From: an uncultured delta proteobacterium
GTDB lineage: Bacteria; Desulfobacterota; Binatia; HRBIN30; BPIQ01
DNA: 64,000 nt
NCBI GenBank assembly: GCA_963761335.1
Contig: CAVXGR010000005.1
Location: 224,001-288,000 of the forward strand
Direction of reading: 5' to 3'
Both the position numbers and the translations under genes were made by a program. The notes under the pieces were generated by a model. It did not search any database, was not told the DNA's origin, and saw only the letters and a program-made list of their open reading frames with translations. Shown in pieces: positions 29,926 through 40,161 of this stretch (the first letter of the stretch is position 1; every line of letters starts with the position of its first letter).

Positions 29926-30115
29926 ATGAGTGCGCTTGATCTCCTGGTGCTCGCCGAACGGGCAGCAGCCAGTGGACCGCACCTCACCCGCGTGGCGGCG
30001 CGCCTGCCGCCGAAGCCGGCAATCTGGTTGCGCTCGGTGCTACGCGAGCACCTCTGTCGCGGTGGGAACCTTCGCGGAGGTGTGCTACAGCGCCTTCACG
30101 TGGGAGGTGGATGGG

Positions 30116-31135
30116 ATGGGAAAGGCGAGATGCGCTGTCTGCTCCACGGGTAAAGCCCGCCGTCTGTGTGATTTGAACGGCCACTCTCGCATATGCGCGC
30201 CCTGTTGCGCCCGGATGCGAGGCCCTCAATGCGAGGGCTGCATCTACTGGGAGCAGGCGCGCAGCTATTCGCGGAGCCGCGAGCAGCGGCCGCCATTGGA
30301 GCTGATCATGATTCCGCGCGACGTGAGCGATCAGGTGGATGGCGCCATGGAGCTCGCGAGCCGCGCGCAGCTCGATGAGGCCGAGGGCATTGCGCTGCCG
30401 CTTCTGGAGGAATACGGCGATCTGGATGTTGTACAGCACGCGGTTGGTGTGATCCGCGCATTGCAGGGCCGCACCGACGAAGCCCTCGAGCATTTCGGCT
30501 GCGCCATCGCGATCTGTCCGGATTTCACCGAGGCGTGGTTCAACAAGGCGTGCGCGCATCGAGAGCGGCTCGAGATCGGGCCGATGATCCGCTGCTTTCA
30601 GACGGTGGTCGAGATCGGCGATCCGGATGAGAGCCACGTTCGAGAGGCGGCCGAGGAGATTCGCCGCCTGGAAGAGGTGATCCGCGACAGCGACGGCCTG
30701 TCGCTCGACCGCTATTTGCACCTCATGGACGTCTTCAACGGGGCGTCTACCGAGATGGCGCGGGGGAAATGGGAGCGCGCCATTGCGGGGTTTCAGAAGG
30801 TGCTCGCCGAGAACCCGCGCCACGTCCAGTCGCACGGCAACATTGGCCTCTGCTGCGCCTTTCTCGGTCGACGCCAGGAAGCGCTCGCATCTCTCGACGC
30901 GGCCCTCGCCCTCGAGCCCGGCTATGAGCTTGCACAGACCAAACGCGCCGCCGTTCTGAGGTTAGGTGGGGGCGAGGCGCTGCCGCCGCGTTTCCGCCAG
31001 TGTGACTACTACGTCGAGAAGCACAATCTGCCGCCGGCAAGCCCGGAGCTCCGAGCCGGAGCCAGCCGTTCTGCTGGTCGGCTGAGCCGAGCTCCAGCAG
31101 GACGGTCGCCCGGCCGGCCATCGGCGGGGCGGTAG
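30116..31135 (+). CDS. TPR protein with N-terminal Cys-rich (zinc-finger-like) domain
   Basis: CAVC..C..ICAPCC..CEGC; TPR-like AIAICPDFTEAWFNKA and ENPRHVQSHGNIG. Confidence 0.8.
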   Translation: MGKARCAVCSTGKARRLCDLNGHSRICAPCCARMRGPQCEGCIYWEQARSYSRSREQRPPLELIMIPRDVSDQVDGAMELASRAQLDEAEGIALPLLEEYGDLDVVQHAVGVIRALQGRTDEALEHFGCAIAICPDFTEAWFNKACAHRERLEIGPMIRCFQTVVEIGDPDESHVREAAEEIRRLEEVIRDSDGLSLDRYLHLMDVFNGASTEMARGKWERAIAGFQKVLAENPRHVQSHGNIGLCCAFLGRRQEALASLDAALALEPGYELAQTKRAAVLRLGGGEALPPRFRQCDYYVEKHNLPPASPELRAGASRSAGRLSRAPAGRSPGRPSAGR

Positions 31136-31174
31136 CTGCGCGTCATGTCTCCATGAACCGCAGTTCCGCCAGGG

Positions 31175-31792
31175 CTATCGACGCTTGCGCCGAGATGGCG
31201 AGTGCGGGCGGGCGACGGCATCGATCTCCTGCCACAAGGAGTCGAGGTCGAGCACGAGCCCCGGACATCCGGGCACACGGGCGCGCCCTTCGCCCGCGGA
31301 GAGAGCGAGCACATAGCTTCGCGAAGCGGCGAGCTCGAAGATCTCCAGGCTGCGGAGCTGGGGATCGACGATCCAGTAGTAGCGGATGCGCGCCGACGCA
31401 TAGTCGCGGAGCTTGTCGAGGCGGTCCCTGCGGGTGTCGCGCGGCCTCGGCGAGGTGACCTCGACGACCAGGTGCGGGGTCACGCGAATGAGTGCATCGT
31501 CGAGATCGGGAAGGTGCCCTCGCAGGTAGACTGAAAGGTCCGGCTTGCGGCCCCGCCGCGGACCGACGGCGATCTTCGTCTCCGAGCCCGCCACCTGAGC
31601 GCCGCGGCGGCGCGCCCACCGGCGCAGCTCCGCGATCAGCCAGGCGACGACGATCTCGTGCAAGAAGCTCGGCATCTCCTCCTCCTTGAGGACGCCATCG
31701 ACGAGCTCTCCCTCGATATCCTCGTCGAGCCGTGCCCACTCCGCGAGCGTGAGGGGCCTCTCCTGTGCGACATCCGCCGCGCTGCGCGACAT
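31175..31792 (-). CDS. Uma2 family putative endonuclease
   Basis: ELVDG, KPDL, PHLVVEVTSP, DRLDKLRDYA, YYWIVDP. Confidence 0.92.
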   Translation of the reverse strand: MSRSAADVAQERPLTLAEWARLDEDIEGELVDGVLKEEEMPSFLHEIVVAWLIAELRRWARRRGAQVAGSETKIAVGPRRGRKPDLSVYLRGHLPDLDDALIRVTPHLVVEVTSPRPRDTRRDRLDKLRDYASARIRYYWIVDPQLRSLEIFELAASRSYVLALSAGEGRARVPGCPGLVLDLDSLWQEIDAVARPHSPSRRKRR

Positions 31793-31945
31793 GCGGCGAA
31801 CACTACCACGGTGAGCTCTCGGGATGAAGGACCGGGCACCGCGATCTCCATGGGCAAGCCCAGCCGCCACGTCTCGGGACGCAGCCGCACCCAGGAGCTA
31901 CCTTGGCCATGCCGGGTTGTGCGGCCCGCCGCCGCACCGCCGATG

Positions 31946-32613
31946 TCAGGGACGTCGTTCGGCGACAACGATCTCGGAGGGCACACCGTAGGGAGCCACG
32001 CGATTGACGTGCAGCACCTGCCATTGTGTCTCGTCCAGGAGCTGCCGCAGCTCCAGCGGCCGGCAACCGCCGACGAGGGATGGTCGTATGCGGTGGATCG
32101 TCGTCCAGACGGCAATCACGAAGCGGCTCGGCAGGCTCGTCCCGAACGTGAGGCTCGTCAGGCACAGCCGCCCGCCGGGTCGAGAATGCGGCGGGCGTCG
32201 GACAGGGTCGCGGCGATGTCTTCCTTCGACAGGAGGTCGAGGACGTAGGTCGAGAGGAAGCGGTCGCAGCTTCCATCGGCAGTGGGCAACGGCAGCGTGC
32301 CCGCGGCCTGGCGCACCTCGGCGCGCTCGCCGAAGCGCTGCAGGCGCCGTTGGGCCAGGCCGACCATGGTCGAGCTGACGTCCACGCCGAGGTAGTGCGC
32401 CTGCGGCGGAAGATGACTCTGGAGAAGCATCTCGGCGACCCGTCCGGTGCCGCATCCGAGCTCGAACACGCTTCGCGCCTCTTCGAAAGCGGCATGGGCG
32501 ATCAGATCGCGCAGCGCCGGCTCCTCGTAGAACGCCTGGCTGTCCTGCTTTGCCCCGAAACCGTCGTAGAAGGCGCGGGCTTCGTCGTGGCTGAGGGTTT
32601 TCAGTTCGTCCAT
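31946..32613 (-). pseudogene. Class I SAM methyltransferase split by a single-base frameshift near 32182
   Basis: N-part FELGCGTG, GVDVS, STYVLDLL...ARRIL. The expected continuation RPGGRLCLTSLT..GGCRP lies in another frame. Confidence 0.8.
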
Positions 32614-32664
32614 CTGCAGGCCCTCCCGTCGAACGTGTGATTCCGATCGTATGCGCGCTCAGAT

Positions 32665-33600
32665 TCAAGCGGCGCTACGGGCTCCGTCGAGACAGCGATG
32701 CACCTCGACGGTGACGTGCGCCAGATCGCGGTGGCTCGCCAGGAGCTGCTTGTAGTGCGCCGGCTCACGCGGGTGCTGCGTGACCACCGAGATGATTGCC
32801 GCCAGGTGCTGCGGGCCGACGCGCCACAGGTGCAGATCGGCCATCCGGTTGTCTGCATCCGCCTCGATTGCCTTCCTGATCGACTCGTGGCGCTCCTCAC
32901 CGGCCTCGGCATCGAGCAGCACGCGGCTGGTGTCGCGCAAGAGCCCCCAGGACCAACGAGCAATCACCACCGAGCCGATCAGACCGGTCATCGAGTCCAT
33001 CCATGTCCAGCCGAAGTACTTGCCCGCCGTCAGGGCGCCGATGGCCAGCACCGAGGTCAGCGCGTCCGCCAGCACGTGGAGGTAGGCACCGCGCAGGTTG
33101 TGATCGTGGTGGTGGTGATCTTCGCCGACAGTGGAGAGCGCGTGATCCTCGCGCAGCAGAACGGCACAGACGATGTTGACGAGAAGCCCGACCCAGGCGA
33201 CCGCGATCGCCTCGTTGAAGCGGATCGGGGACGGGGTGGCGAGCCGCTCGACGCTCTCGCCGCAGACCAGGATGGCGACCACCGCCAGGCCGACGGCGCT
33301 GGCGAAGCCGCCGAGCGCCGCTACCTTTCCGGTGCCGAAGCTGTAGCGGGGATCGTCCGCGTGGCGCCTGGCGTAGGCATAGGCGAAGGCGGCGACGCCC
33401 AGGGCGGCGGCGTGCGTCGCCATGTGCCAGCCGTCCGCGAGGAGTGCCATCGAGCCAAACGCCAGGCCGGCGACGATCTCGACCACCATCATGGTTGCGG
33501 TCAGGCCGATGACCCATCGGGTGCGCTGCTCGCCCCGCGTCTTGATGCCGGTTCCGAACGAATGGCGGTGCCGCCAGGGCTCCGTGGATTCGAGGTGCAT
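32665..33600 (-). CDS. dmeF: CDF family Co(II)/Ni(II) efflux transporter
   Basis: SMALLADGWHMATHA, FGTGKV, His-rich loop, HNLRGAYLHVLADALTS, DLHLWRVG. Confidence 0.9.
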   Translation of the reverse strand: MHLESTEPWRHRHSFGTGIKTRGEQRTRWVIGLTATMMVVEIVAGLAFGSMALLADGWHMATHAAALGVAAFAYAYARRHADDPRYSFGTGKVAALGGFASAVGLAVVAILVCGESVERLATPSPIRFNEAIAVAWVGLLVNIVCAVLLREDHALSTVGEDHHHHDHNLRGAYLHVLADALTSVLAIGALTAGKYFGWTWMDSMTGLIGSVVIARWSWGLLRDTSRVLLDAEAGEERHESIRKAIEADADNRMADLHLWRVGPQHLAAIISVVTQHPREPAHYKQLLASHRDLAHVTVEVHRCLDGARSAA

Positions 33601-33670
33601 GCTTTCCTTCCTTACTTTGCTCATATCGCCCCGAGCCGCAGCCCTCAAGGTCGACACGGGGCACTTGCCG

Positions 33671-36600
33671 TCACGACGCCTGCGCCGTGCCGCGACCCTT
33701 CCACAGCGCGAAGATGGCCGGATAGACGGTCAGCTCCAGCAGGAACGAGGTCGCCAGCCCGCCGACCATGGGCGCGGCGATGCGGCGCATGACGTCGGCG
33801 CCGGTGCCGGTGCTCCACATCACCGGCAGAAGGCCGATGAAGGTGGTGAGCACGGTCATCAGCTTCGGGCGGATGCGCCGCGCGGCGCCCTCGACGATGG
33901 CCTCGCGCAGGTCCGCCGGAGATCGCATCCGGCCCTCCTCCCGGGCGCGCTCGTAGGCGAGCTTCAGGTAGAGCAACATGACCACGCCGGTCTCGGCGTC
34001 CAGACCGGCGAGGGCGATGAGCCCCACCCAGACGGCGACGCTGGTGTTGTAGCCGAGCAGGTAGAGGAGCCACACGGCGCCGATCAGAGAGAACGGCACC
34101 GCCGCCAGGACGATCGCCACCTCGGTCGCCGAGCCGGTGTTGAAGTAGAGCAGCAGGCAGATGAGGAAGAGCGTGACCGGCACCACCACCTTGAGGCGCT
34201 CCTTGGCGCGCTCGAAGTACTGGAACTGACCGGCCCACTCGAGGCGCAGGCCCGCAGGCAGGCGCACCTGGCGGGCGACCACCTCCTTGGCCTGCGCGAC
34301 GTACTCCGCGATCGCCCGGTCCCCGGTGTCGACGAAGACGTAGCCCACCAGGCGGCCGCCCTCGCTGCGGATCATCGGTGGTCCGGTGGCGAACTCGATG
34401 TCGGCCACCTGCCGCAGGGGCACCTGCGCGCCTCCCGGAGTCGCCACCAGCACGCGCTCGAGGGCCGTCGGGTCGTCGCGGAAATCGCGAGCGTAGGCGA
34501 CGCTCACCGGGTAGCGCTCGCGCCCCTCGACGGTCTCGGACACCTGCATGCCGCCGATTGCCGTCTGCACCACGTCGTTGACGTCGGCGACGCGCAGCCC
34601 GTAGCGCGCCGCCGCGGCGCGATCGACTTTCACGTCGAGATAGAAGCCGCCGGTGGAGCGGTCGGCGAAGGCGCTGCGCGTGCCGGGGATCGCCGCAACC
34701 GCCTGCTCGATGCGCACCGCGGTGTCCTCGATGGTCGCCAGATCGTCGCCGAAGATCTTGATGCCGAGTGGGCTGCGAATGCCGGTGGAGAGCATCTCGG
34801 TGCGCGTCTGGATCGGCATCCACCAGATGTTCGGCATGCCGGGATAGCGCAGCGCGCGATCCATCTCGGAGATCAGGTCGTCCCAGGTCATTCCTTGCCG
34901 CCACTGCTCCCGCGGCTTGAGCATTACCACCGTCTCGACCATGCCGATCGGCGCCGGATCGGTGGGTGAGCTGGCGCGCCCCATCTTGCCGAAGACGCTC
35001 ATCACCTCGGGGAACTGCTTGAGCTTGCGGTCCATCGACTGCAGCAGCACGCTGGCCTCGCTCATCGACATTCCCGGCGGAGCGGTCGGCATGTAGAGGA
35101 TGGCGCCCTCGTTGAGCGGCGGCATGAACTCGCTCTGGATCTGCAACGCCGCCGGAACGGTCAGGGCCACGGCGATCACCGCCAGGGCGATGACCGAGCG
35201 ACGGAAGCGCACCACGAAACGGACCACCGGCACGTAGAGGGCGATGAGAATGCGGTTGAGCGGGTTGGCCTCCTCGCCGCGGATGCGGCCGCGCACGAAG
35301 ATGGCCGCCAGCGCCGGGGTGAGCGTGATCGCCAGCAGCGCCGCGAAGCCCATGGAGTAGGTCTTGGTGAAGGCCAGCGGCCGAAACAGGCGGCCCTCGA
35401 CCGCCTGCAGGGTGAACACCGGCAGAAAGGAGACGGTGATCACCAGGAGCGAGAAGAAGATGCTCGGGCCCACCTCCTGCATGGCCCCGATCAGCACCTG
35501 CAGTCGGTCGCCGGGACGGCCGACCTCCTCCCAGACCTCGAGCTTCTTGTGGATGTTCTCGATGATGATGATCGAGGCGTCGACCATGGCGCCGATGGCC
35601 ACGGCGATGCCCCCGAGCGACATGATGTTGATGGTCAGCCCCTGGTAGAACATGGGCACGAAGGAGAGCAGCACGGCCAGTGGCAGGGTGACGATCGGCA
35701 CCAGAGCGCTGCGCGCGTGCAGCAGGAAGACGAAGATCACCAGGCTGACCACCAGCATCTCCTCGATGAGCGTGTGGCGCAGGGTGTCGATCGAGGCCTC
35801 GATCAGCCCCGAGCGATCGTAGGTGGTGACCACCTTCACGCCTGCCGGCAGCGTCTTCTGCAGCTGCGCCAGGCGCTCCTTCACCGCGCCGATGACGCGC
35901 AGGGCGTTCTCCCCGTAGCGCATGACGACGATGCCCCCGACCACCTCGCCGCGGCCGTCGAGATCGGCGAGGCCGCGGCGCGGCGCCGGACCGAGCTTCA
36001 CCTCGCCGACGTCGCGGATGTAGACCGGGGCGCCCGTGGTCCCGACCTTCAGCGGCACGAGCTCGAGATCCTGCTTCTTCTTCACGTAGCCGCGACCGCG
36101 CACCATGAACTCGTGCTCGGAGAGCTCCAACACCTGGCCGCCGACCTCCTGGTTCGACTCGCGCACCGCCTGCACCACCTCGCGCAGGGGGATGCCGAGG
36201 GCCACCAGCTTGTTCGGGTCGAGAAGGATCTGGTACTCCTTGCCGAAGCCGCCGACCGAGGCGACCTCGGCGACTCCGGGCACGCTCTCGATGGCGTAGC
36301 GCAGGTTCCAGTCCTGCAGGCTGCGCAGCTCCTGGAGGTCGAGCGTGCCGCTCTCGTCGACGAGCGCGTACTCGAACACCCAGCCGACACCCGTGGCATC
36401 GGGGCCGAGGACCGGCGTCACCCCCTGCGGCAGCGCATTGGAGACCTCGTCGAGATACTCGAGGACTCGAGAGCGCGCCCAGTAGATGTCGGTTCCGTCC
36501 TCGAAGATGGCGTAGACGAAGGACATGCCGAACATCGACTGGCCGCGCACGTACTTGATGCGCGGCGCCGCCAGGAGGCTTGCGGAGATTGGATAGGTGA

Positions 36601-36793
36601 TCTGGTCCTCGACGATGTCGGGGCTCTGTCCGGGCCACTCGGTGAAGACGATCACCTGCACGTCCGACAGGTCCGGTATGGCGTCGAGCGGCGATTGGCG
36701 CATCGACCACGCCCCCCATGCCGCCAGGGCGGCGACGAAGAGCAGCGTGAGAAGAGGGTGCCGCGCGCAGGCGGCGATGACCCGGCCGATCAT
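33671..36793 (-). CDS. cusA: Heavy-metal efflux RND permease, CusA type (copy 1)
   Basis: LDAIPDLSDVQVI, YWARSRVLEYL, GAMVDA, EFMPPLNEG..YMPT, RPKLMT, IAAPMVGG. Confidence 0.93.
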   Translation of the reverse strand: MIGRVIAACARHPLLTLLFVAALAAWGAWSMRQSPLDAIPDLSDVQVIVFTEWPGQSPDIVEDQITYPISASLLAAPRIKYVRGQSMFGMSFVYAIFEDGTDIYWARSRVLEYLDEVSNALPQGVTPVLGPDATGVGWVFEYALVDESGTLDLQELRSLQDWNLRYAIESVPGVAEVASVGGFGKEYQILLDPNKLVALGIPLREVVQAVRESNQEVGGQVLELSEHEFMVRGRGYVKKKQDLELVPLKVGTTGAPVYIRDVGEVKLGPAPRRGLADLDGRGEVVGGIVVMRYGENALRVIGAVKERLAQLQKTLPAGVKVVTTYDRSGLIEASIDTLRHTLIEEMLVVSLVIFVFLLHARSALVPIVTLPLAVLLSFVPMFYQGLTINIMSLGGIAVAIGAMVDASIIIIENIHKKLEVWEEVGRPGDRLQVLIGAMQEVGPSIFFSLLVITVSFLPVFTLQAVEGRLFRPLAFTKTYSMGFAALLAITLTPALAAIFVRGRIRGEEANPLNRILIALYVPVVRFVVRFRRSVIALAVIAVALTVPAALQIQSEFMPPLNEGAILYMPTAPPGMSMSEASVLLQSMDRKLKQFPEVMSVFGKMGRASSPTDPAPIGMVETVVMLKPREQWRQGMTWDDLISEMDRALRYPGMPNIWWMPIQTRTEMLSTGIRSPLGIKIFGDDLATIEDTAVRIEQAVAAIPGTRSAFADRSTGGFYLDVKVDRAAAARYGLRVADVNDVVQTAIGGMQVSETVEGRERYPVSVAYARDFRDDPTALERVLVATPGGAQVPLRQVADIEFATGPPMIRSEGGRLVGYVFVDTGDRAIAEYVAQAKEVVARQVRLPAGLRLEWAGQFQYFERAKERLKVVVPVTLFLICLLLYFNTGSATEVAIVLAAVPFSLIGAVWLLYLLGYNTSVAVWVGLIALAGLDAETGVVMLLYLKLAYERAREEGRMRSPADLREAIVEGAARRIRPKLMTVLTTFIGLLPVMWSTGTGADVMRRIAAPMVGGLATSFLLELTVYPAIFALWKGRGTAQAS

Positions 36794-38403
36794 TGCCAGT
36801 GCTCCATCGCCAGCTTGAGCCGGCTCTCGGCGGCGATCAGGAAGTTCCCGGAGGTGACGATGACATCGCCCTCCTGCAGTCCCGCGGTGATCTCCACCAG
36901 ATTTTCGGACTTCTGTCCGATCTCGACGCGCTGCGGCTTGAGGCGTCCCTGGCCGAGATCGAGGAAGACGAAGCGGCGCGCACCGGCATAGAGGATCGCC
37001 TGCTCCGGGACGGTCAGGCGCTCGCCGAGGTCGCGCTGCAGCTCGACGTTGGCGTACATGTCCGGCTTCAGACGGCGGCCGGGGTTGTCGAGCTCGACGC
37101 GTACGCGGCCGGTGCGCGTCGTGTCGTCGAGGTAGGGATAGACGAAGGCGACGCGCCCGTGCAGGACCTCGCCGGGAACATACGCCAGGGTGACCACCGC
37201 TTCGTCTCCGGGATGCACCAGGGCCAGCTCCGACTCGTAGACCTCGGCCTCCACCCAGACGCGATCCAGGCCGGCGATGCGGAACAGCTTCATGCCCGGC
37301 TCGACGGCGGCGCCCTCGACGACGTTCTTCTCGACCACGGCGCCGGACACCGGAGAGAGGATGGGAACATACTCGAGCGGCTTGCCGGAGCGCGCGATCC
37401 GATCGATCTGCGCCTCGCCCAGATCCCACAGGCGCAGTCGCTGCCGCGCCGCGCCCACCAGGTAGTCGGCGCGATCGGGTGCCGAGGTCTTCGCCGCGGC
37501 GCGCCGGCTGGCCAGCGCCGTGAGGAGCTCCTGCTGGGTGGCGTAGAGATCCGGGCTGTAGAGGGTGAACAGCGGCTCGCCCTTGTGCACCTCCTGGCCC
37601 GGAGTGTCGGCGTAGAGAGTGCCGATCCACCCCTGATACTTGACGGAGACGTCGGCGAGGCGGGTCTGGTCGTAAACCACCTTGCCGACGGCGCGGATGG
37701 TGATCGTCAGCGGTCGCCGCTGCACCGGCGCCGTGGTGACGCCGATGGTCTGCCGGCGCTGCGCATCCACCATGATGACTCCGGTCTCCGCCTCGCTGCG
37801 CGTCACCGGCACCAGATCCATCGAGCAGATCGGGCAGGTGCCCGGCTTCTGGCTGCGCACCGACGGATGCATCGAGCAGGTGTAGTAGGCGATCTCGTCA
37901 CCGCCCGCGGCGGCGTTCTTTCCGTCGTCTGCCGACCCCGTTCCGGTCGATCCGGCGGTCAGCCCGCGACGGCCGACGGTGATGCCGTAGTTGGCCTCCG
38001 CGGAAGTGCCGCCGGCGGCGATTGCGACCTGCACCGTCCAGCTGCCCCCCATCGGGAAGTCCAGAGCGGCGATGTAGCGCCCGCCGCCGAGCGGCGTCAC
38101 CGGACCCTTGCCGCGCATCTCCGACATGGCGCCCATGGCCGGCATCAGGTAGCCCACCTGGATCTGGGCGTTCTCGACTGGAGCGCCGAGGGCGTCGGTG
38201 AGGCGCAAGCGCAGGGCATTTCCCTTTTCCGCGGGCGGATCGGGGCGGATCTCGGCGGCGATGGTGAAGTCCCCCGCGCGAGTCTCCACGGTGTTGCCGG
38301 GGGGGCGGTCGCAGGAAAGTGGCGTCGCCACCAGGGTGAGCATCGACATGAAGCGCGCCAGCGTCGAAAGGCGCGTGAGCGCAATTGACGTGAACATCTT
38401 CAT
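36790..38403 (-). CDS. cusB: CusB-type periplasmic adaptor with FixH/YtkA-like and heavy-metal-binding domains (copy 1)
   Basis: MPAMGAM, YTCSMHP..CPICSMDL, YSPDL, LKPDMYA, GNFLIAAES. Confidence 0.9.
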   Translation of the reverse strand: MKMFTSIALTRLSTLARFMSMLTLVATPLSCDRPPGNTVETRAGDFTIAAEIRPDPPAEKGNALRLRLTDALGAPVENAQIQVGYLMPAMGAMSEMRGKGPVTPLGGGRYIAALDFPMGGSWTVQVAIAAGGTSAEANYGITVGRRGLTAGSTGTGSADDGKNAAAGGDEIAYYTCSMHPSVRSQKPGTCPICSMDLVPVTRSEAETGVIMVDAQRRQTIGVTTAPVQRRPLTITIRAVGKVVYDQTRLADVSVKYQGWIGTLYADTPGQEVHKGEPLFTLYSPDLYATQQELLTALASRRAAAKTSAPDRADYLVGAARQRLRLWDLGEAQIDRIARSGKPLEYVPILSPVSGAVVEKNVVEGAAVEPGMKLFRIAGLDRVWVEAEVYESELALVHPGDEAVVTLAYVPGEVLHGRVAFVYPYLDDTTRTGRVRVELDNPGRRLKPDMYANVELQRDLGERLTVPEQAILYAGARRFVFLDLGQGRLKPQRVEIGQKSENLVEITAGLQEGDVIVTSGNFLIAAESRLKLAMEHWQ

Positions 38404-40025
38404 CGCGGTTCTCCGTGGTCGGACTGCTGGTGGGTTTCCGCCGTTGTCGGAACGGCGGGGGCGAACGCCGTGCCGGGAAGGCCGCCGAGGAGGCGGGTGA
38501 GCTCGGCCAGACGCCGGTGGAAGTCGGCGAGCGCCTCTTCGTAGCTCAGCTGCACGGCGCGCTGGTTGCGCTCCGCGTCGATGAGGGCGAGGAAGCTGTT
38601 GCCGCCGCTCTCAAATCCGGCGCGCGCCGCCTGCACCTGATCGCGGGCGGCGGGCAGCAGGCGGCCGAGGTAGAGGTCGACGATGTGGTGCATCTCCAGC
38701 AATCGCGCCGCCGTTTGCTCGACGTCGGAGCGGACGTCGTCAATGAGGCGCTGGCGCTCGCTCTCTGCCTGCTGCAGCTTGGCGCGCGCCTCGGCTTCGG
38801 CGGCGTCGAGACGCCCGCGCCAGATCGGCAGGTTGACAGAGGCGCCAATCATCCAGCGGTGCTCCTCGTCGTTCCACATCGAGTTGTATGAGCTGGTGAG
38901 GCCGAAATCCGGATAGCGCTCCAGCCCGGCCAGCTCCACGGCGGCGCGGCGGCCGCGGACATCGGCGGCGGCCATCGCCAGCTCCGGTCGCCGTTCGACG
39001 GCGAGATCGGCGAGGCGATCGACATCGGTGTGGGCCATCTGCAGCAGCGGGCTCTCGGTGGGCGGCGGCAGCATCTTTGGCGGCGGCGGCAGCGGCGCCG
39101 CATAAGATCGGTGCAGCAGCGTGTTGATGCGGGCGACGAGCACGTCGCGGTCGGTTGCCAGGGTCACCTTGCGGTGCTCCAGGTGCGCCAGCTCGACCTC
39201 GGCCGCCAGCGGCTCCTGCTGCGACAGACGTCCGGCGGCGTACTGGTCGGTGGCGGCGCGCTTGAGCGCGGCGAGCAGGCGGACGTGCTCGTCGTTGATC
39301 TCGTCGGCGCGGTCGAGAAGGTAGTAATCGTAGAAGAGAAAGGTCGCCGCCAGAGCCGTCTCCAGGCGCAGCGAGTCGTACGCCTGCCGGCTCGATTCCG
39401 CCTCGGCGAGGGCCGCCTCGCCGCGCAGCCGCAGCTTTCCCGGCCAGGGGAGCTTCTGTGAGAGCTCGATCTGCTGGCCGTAGTCGACGCTGCTCGAGCC
39501 GATGCTCAGGGGCGCCAAGCCGTAGGCGAACATCGGATCGTCGAGCGCCGTGGCTTGCGGGTAGCGCGCTACGGTGGCGGTCCAGGCGCTGCGCAGCGCC
39601 GCCAGGCTCGGGTTGCGGCGCAGCACGGCGCGCCGCAGCTCGTCGACGTCGAGCACGGCTTCGCCCTGAAAGAGCGGCGCGTCACTGAACGCGGCGCCCC
39701 GCCGCGTAGTGAGGAGGCGGGACGCCTCCTCTACAGTGGACGCGGCGTCCCGCCGCGTGGTGAGGAGGCGGGACGCCTCCTCTACAGTAGACGCGGCGTC
39801 CCGCCGCGTGGTGAGGAGGCGGGACGCCTCCTCTACAGTGGACGCGGCGTCCCGCCGCGTGGTGGGGAGGTGGGACGCCTCCTCTACAGTGGACGCGGCG
39901 TCTCGCCGCGTGGTGGGGAGGCGGGACGCCTCCTCTACTTTGGGCCGCGGCCCGGAGCAGCCGGAACCACCGGCGGCGATGATCAGCATCGAGCTCCAGA
40001 GCACGCGAGCGATAGGTCGTCGCAT
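38400..40025 (-). CDS. TolC/CusC family outer-membrane lipoprotein (copy 1) with in-frame 5x17-aa repeat insertion
   Basis: Lipoprotein-like signal (..GGSGC), LDDPM, SQKLPWPGKL, NLPIW. Confidence 0.9.
   Translation of the reverse strand: MRRPIARVLWSSMLIIAAGGSGCSGPRPKVEEASRLPTTRRDAASTVEEASHLPTTRRDAASTVEEASRLLTTRRDAASTVEEASRLLTTRRDAASTVEEASRLLTTRRGAAFSDAPLFQGEAVLDVDELRRAVLRRNPSLAALRSAWTATVARYPQATALDDPMFAYGLAPLSIGSSSVDYGQQIELSQKLPWPGKLRLRGEAALAEAESSRQAYDSLRLETALAATFLFYDYYLLDRADEINDEHVRLLAALKRAATDQYAAGRLSQQEPLAAEVELAHLEHRKVTLATDRDVLVARINTLLHRSYAAPLPPPPKMLPPPTESPLLQMAHTDVDRLADLAVERRPELAMAAADVRGRRAAVELAGLERYPDFGLTSSYNSMWNDEEHRWMIGASVNLPIWRGRLDAAEAEARAKLQQAESERQRLIDDVRSDVEQTAARLLEMHHIVDLYLGRLLPAARDQVQAARAGFESGGNSFLALIDAERNQRAVQLSYEEALADFHRRLAELTRLLGGLPGTAFAPAVPTTAETHQQSDHGEPR
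39684..39938. repeat. Tandem array of five 51-bp double-hairpin REP-like units inside the TolC CDS
   Basis: Unit agtggacgcggcgtcccgccgcgtggtgaggaggcgggacgcctcctctac, ending at 39734, 39785, 39836, 39887 and 39938; no unique spacers. Confidence 0.95.
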
Positions 40026-40161
40026 GTGCAGTACTCCCACGGTCAGAGTTCATGAGAACGAGGGCACCCCACCACCGGGCGCGGAGATGCGGTATTCGCG
40101 CGCCGCGGCGGGCGCGAGCTGAACGGGACGAGGCCGTCCCGCCGTCACCGACCGAGGGTGA

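Noticed and set aside
39684..39938. Possible CRISPR array
   Set aside because: Units are contiguous and near-identical with no unique spacers, and there are no cas genes in the window.
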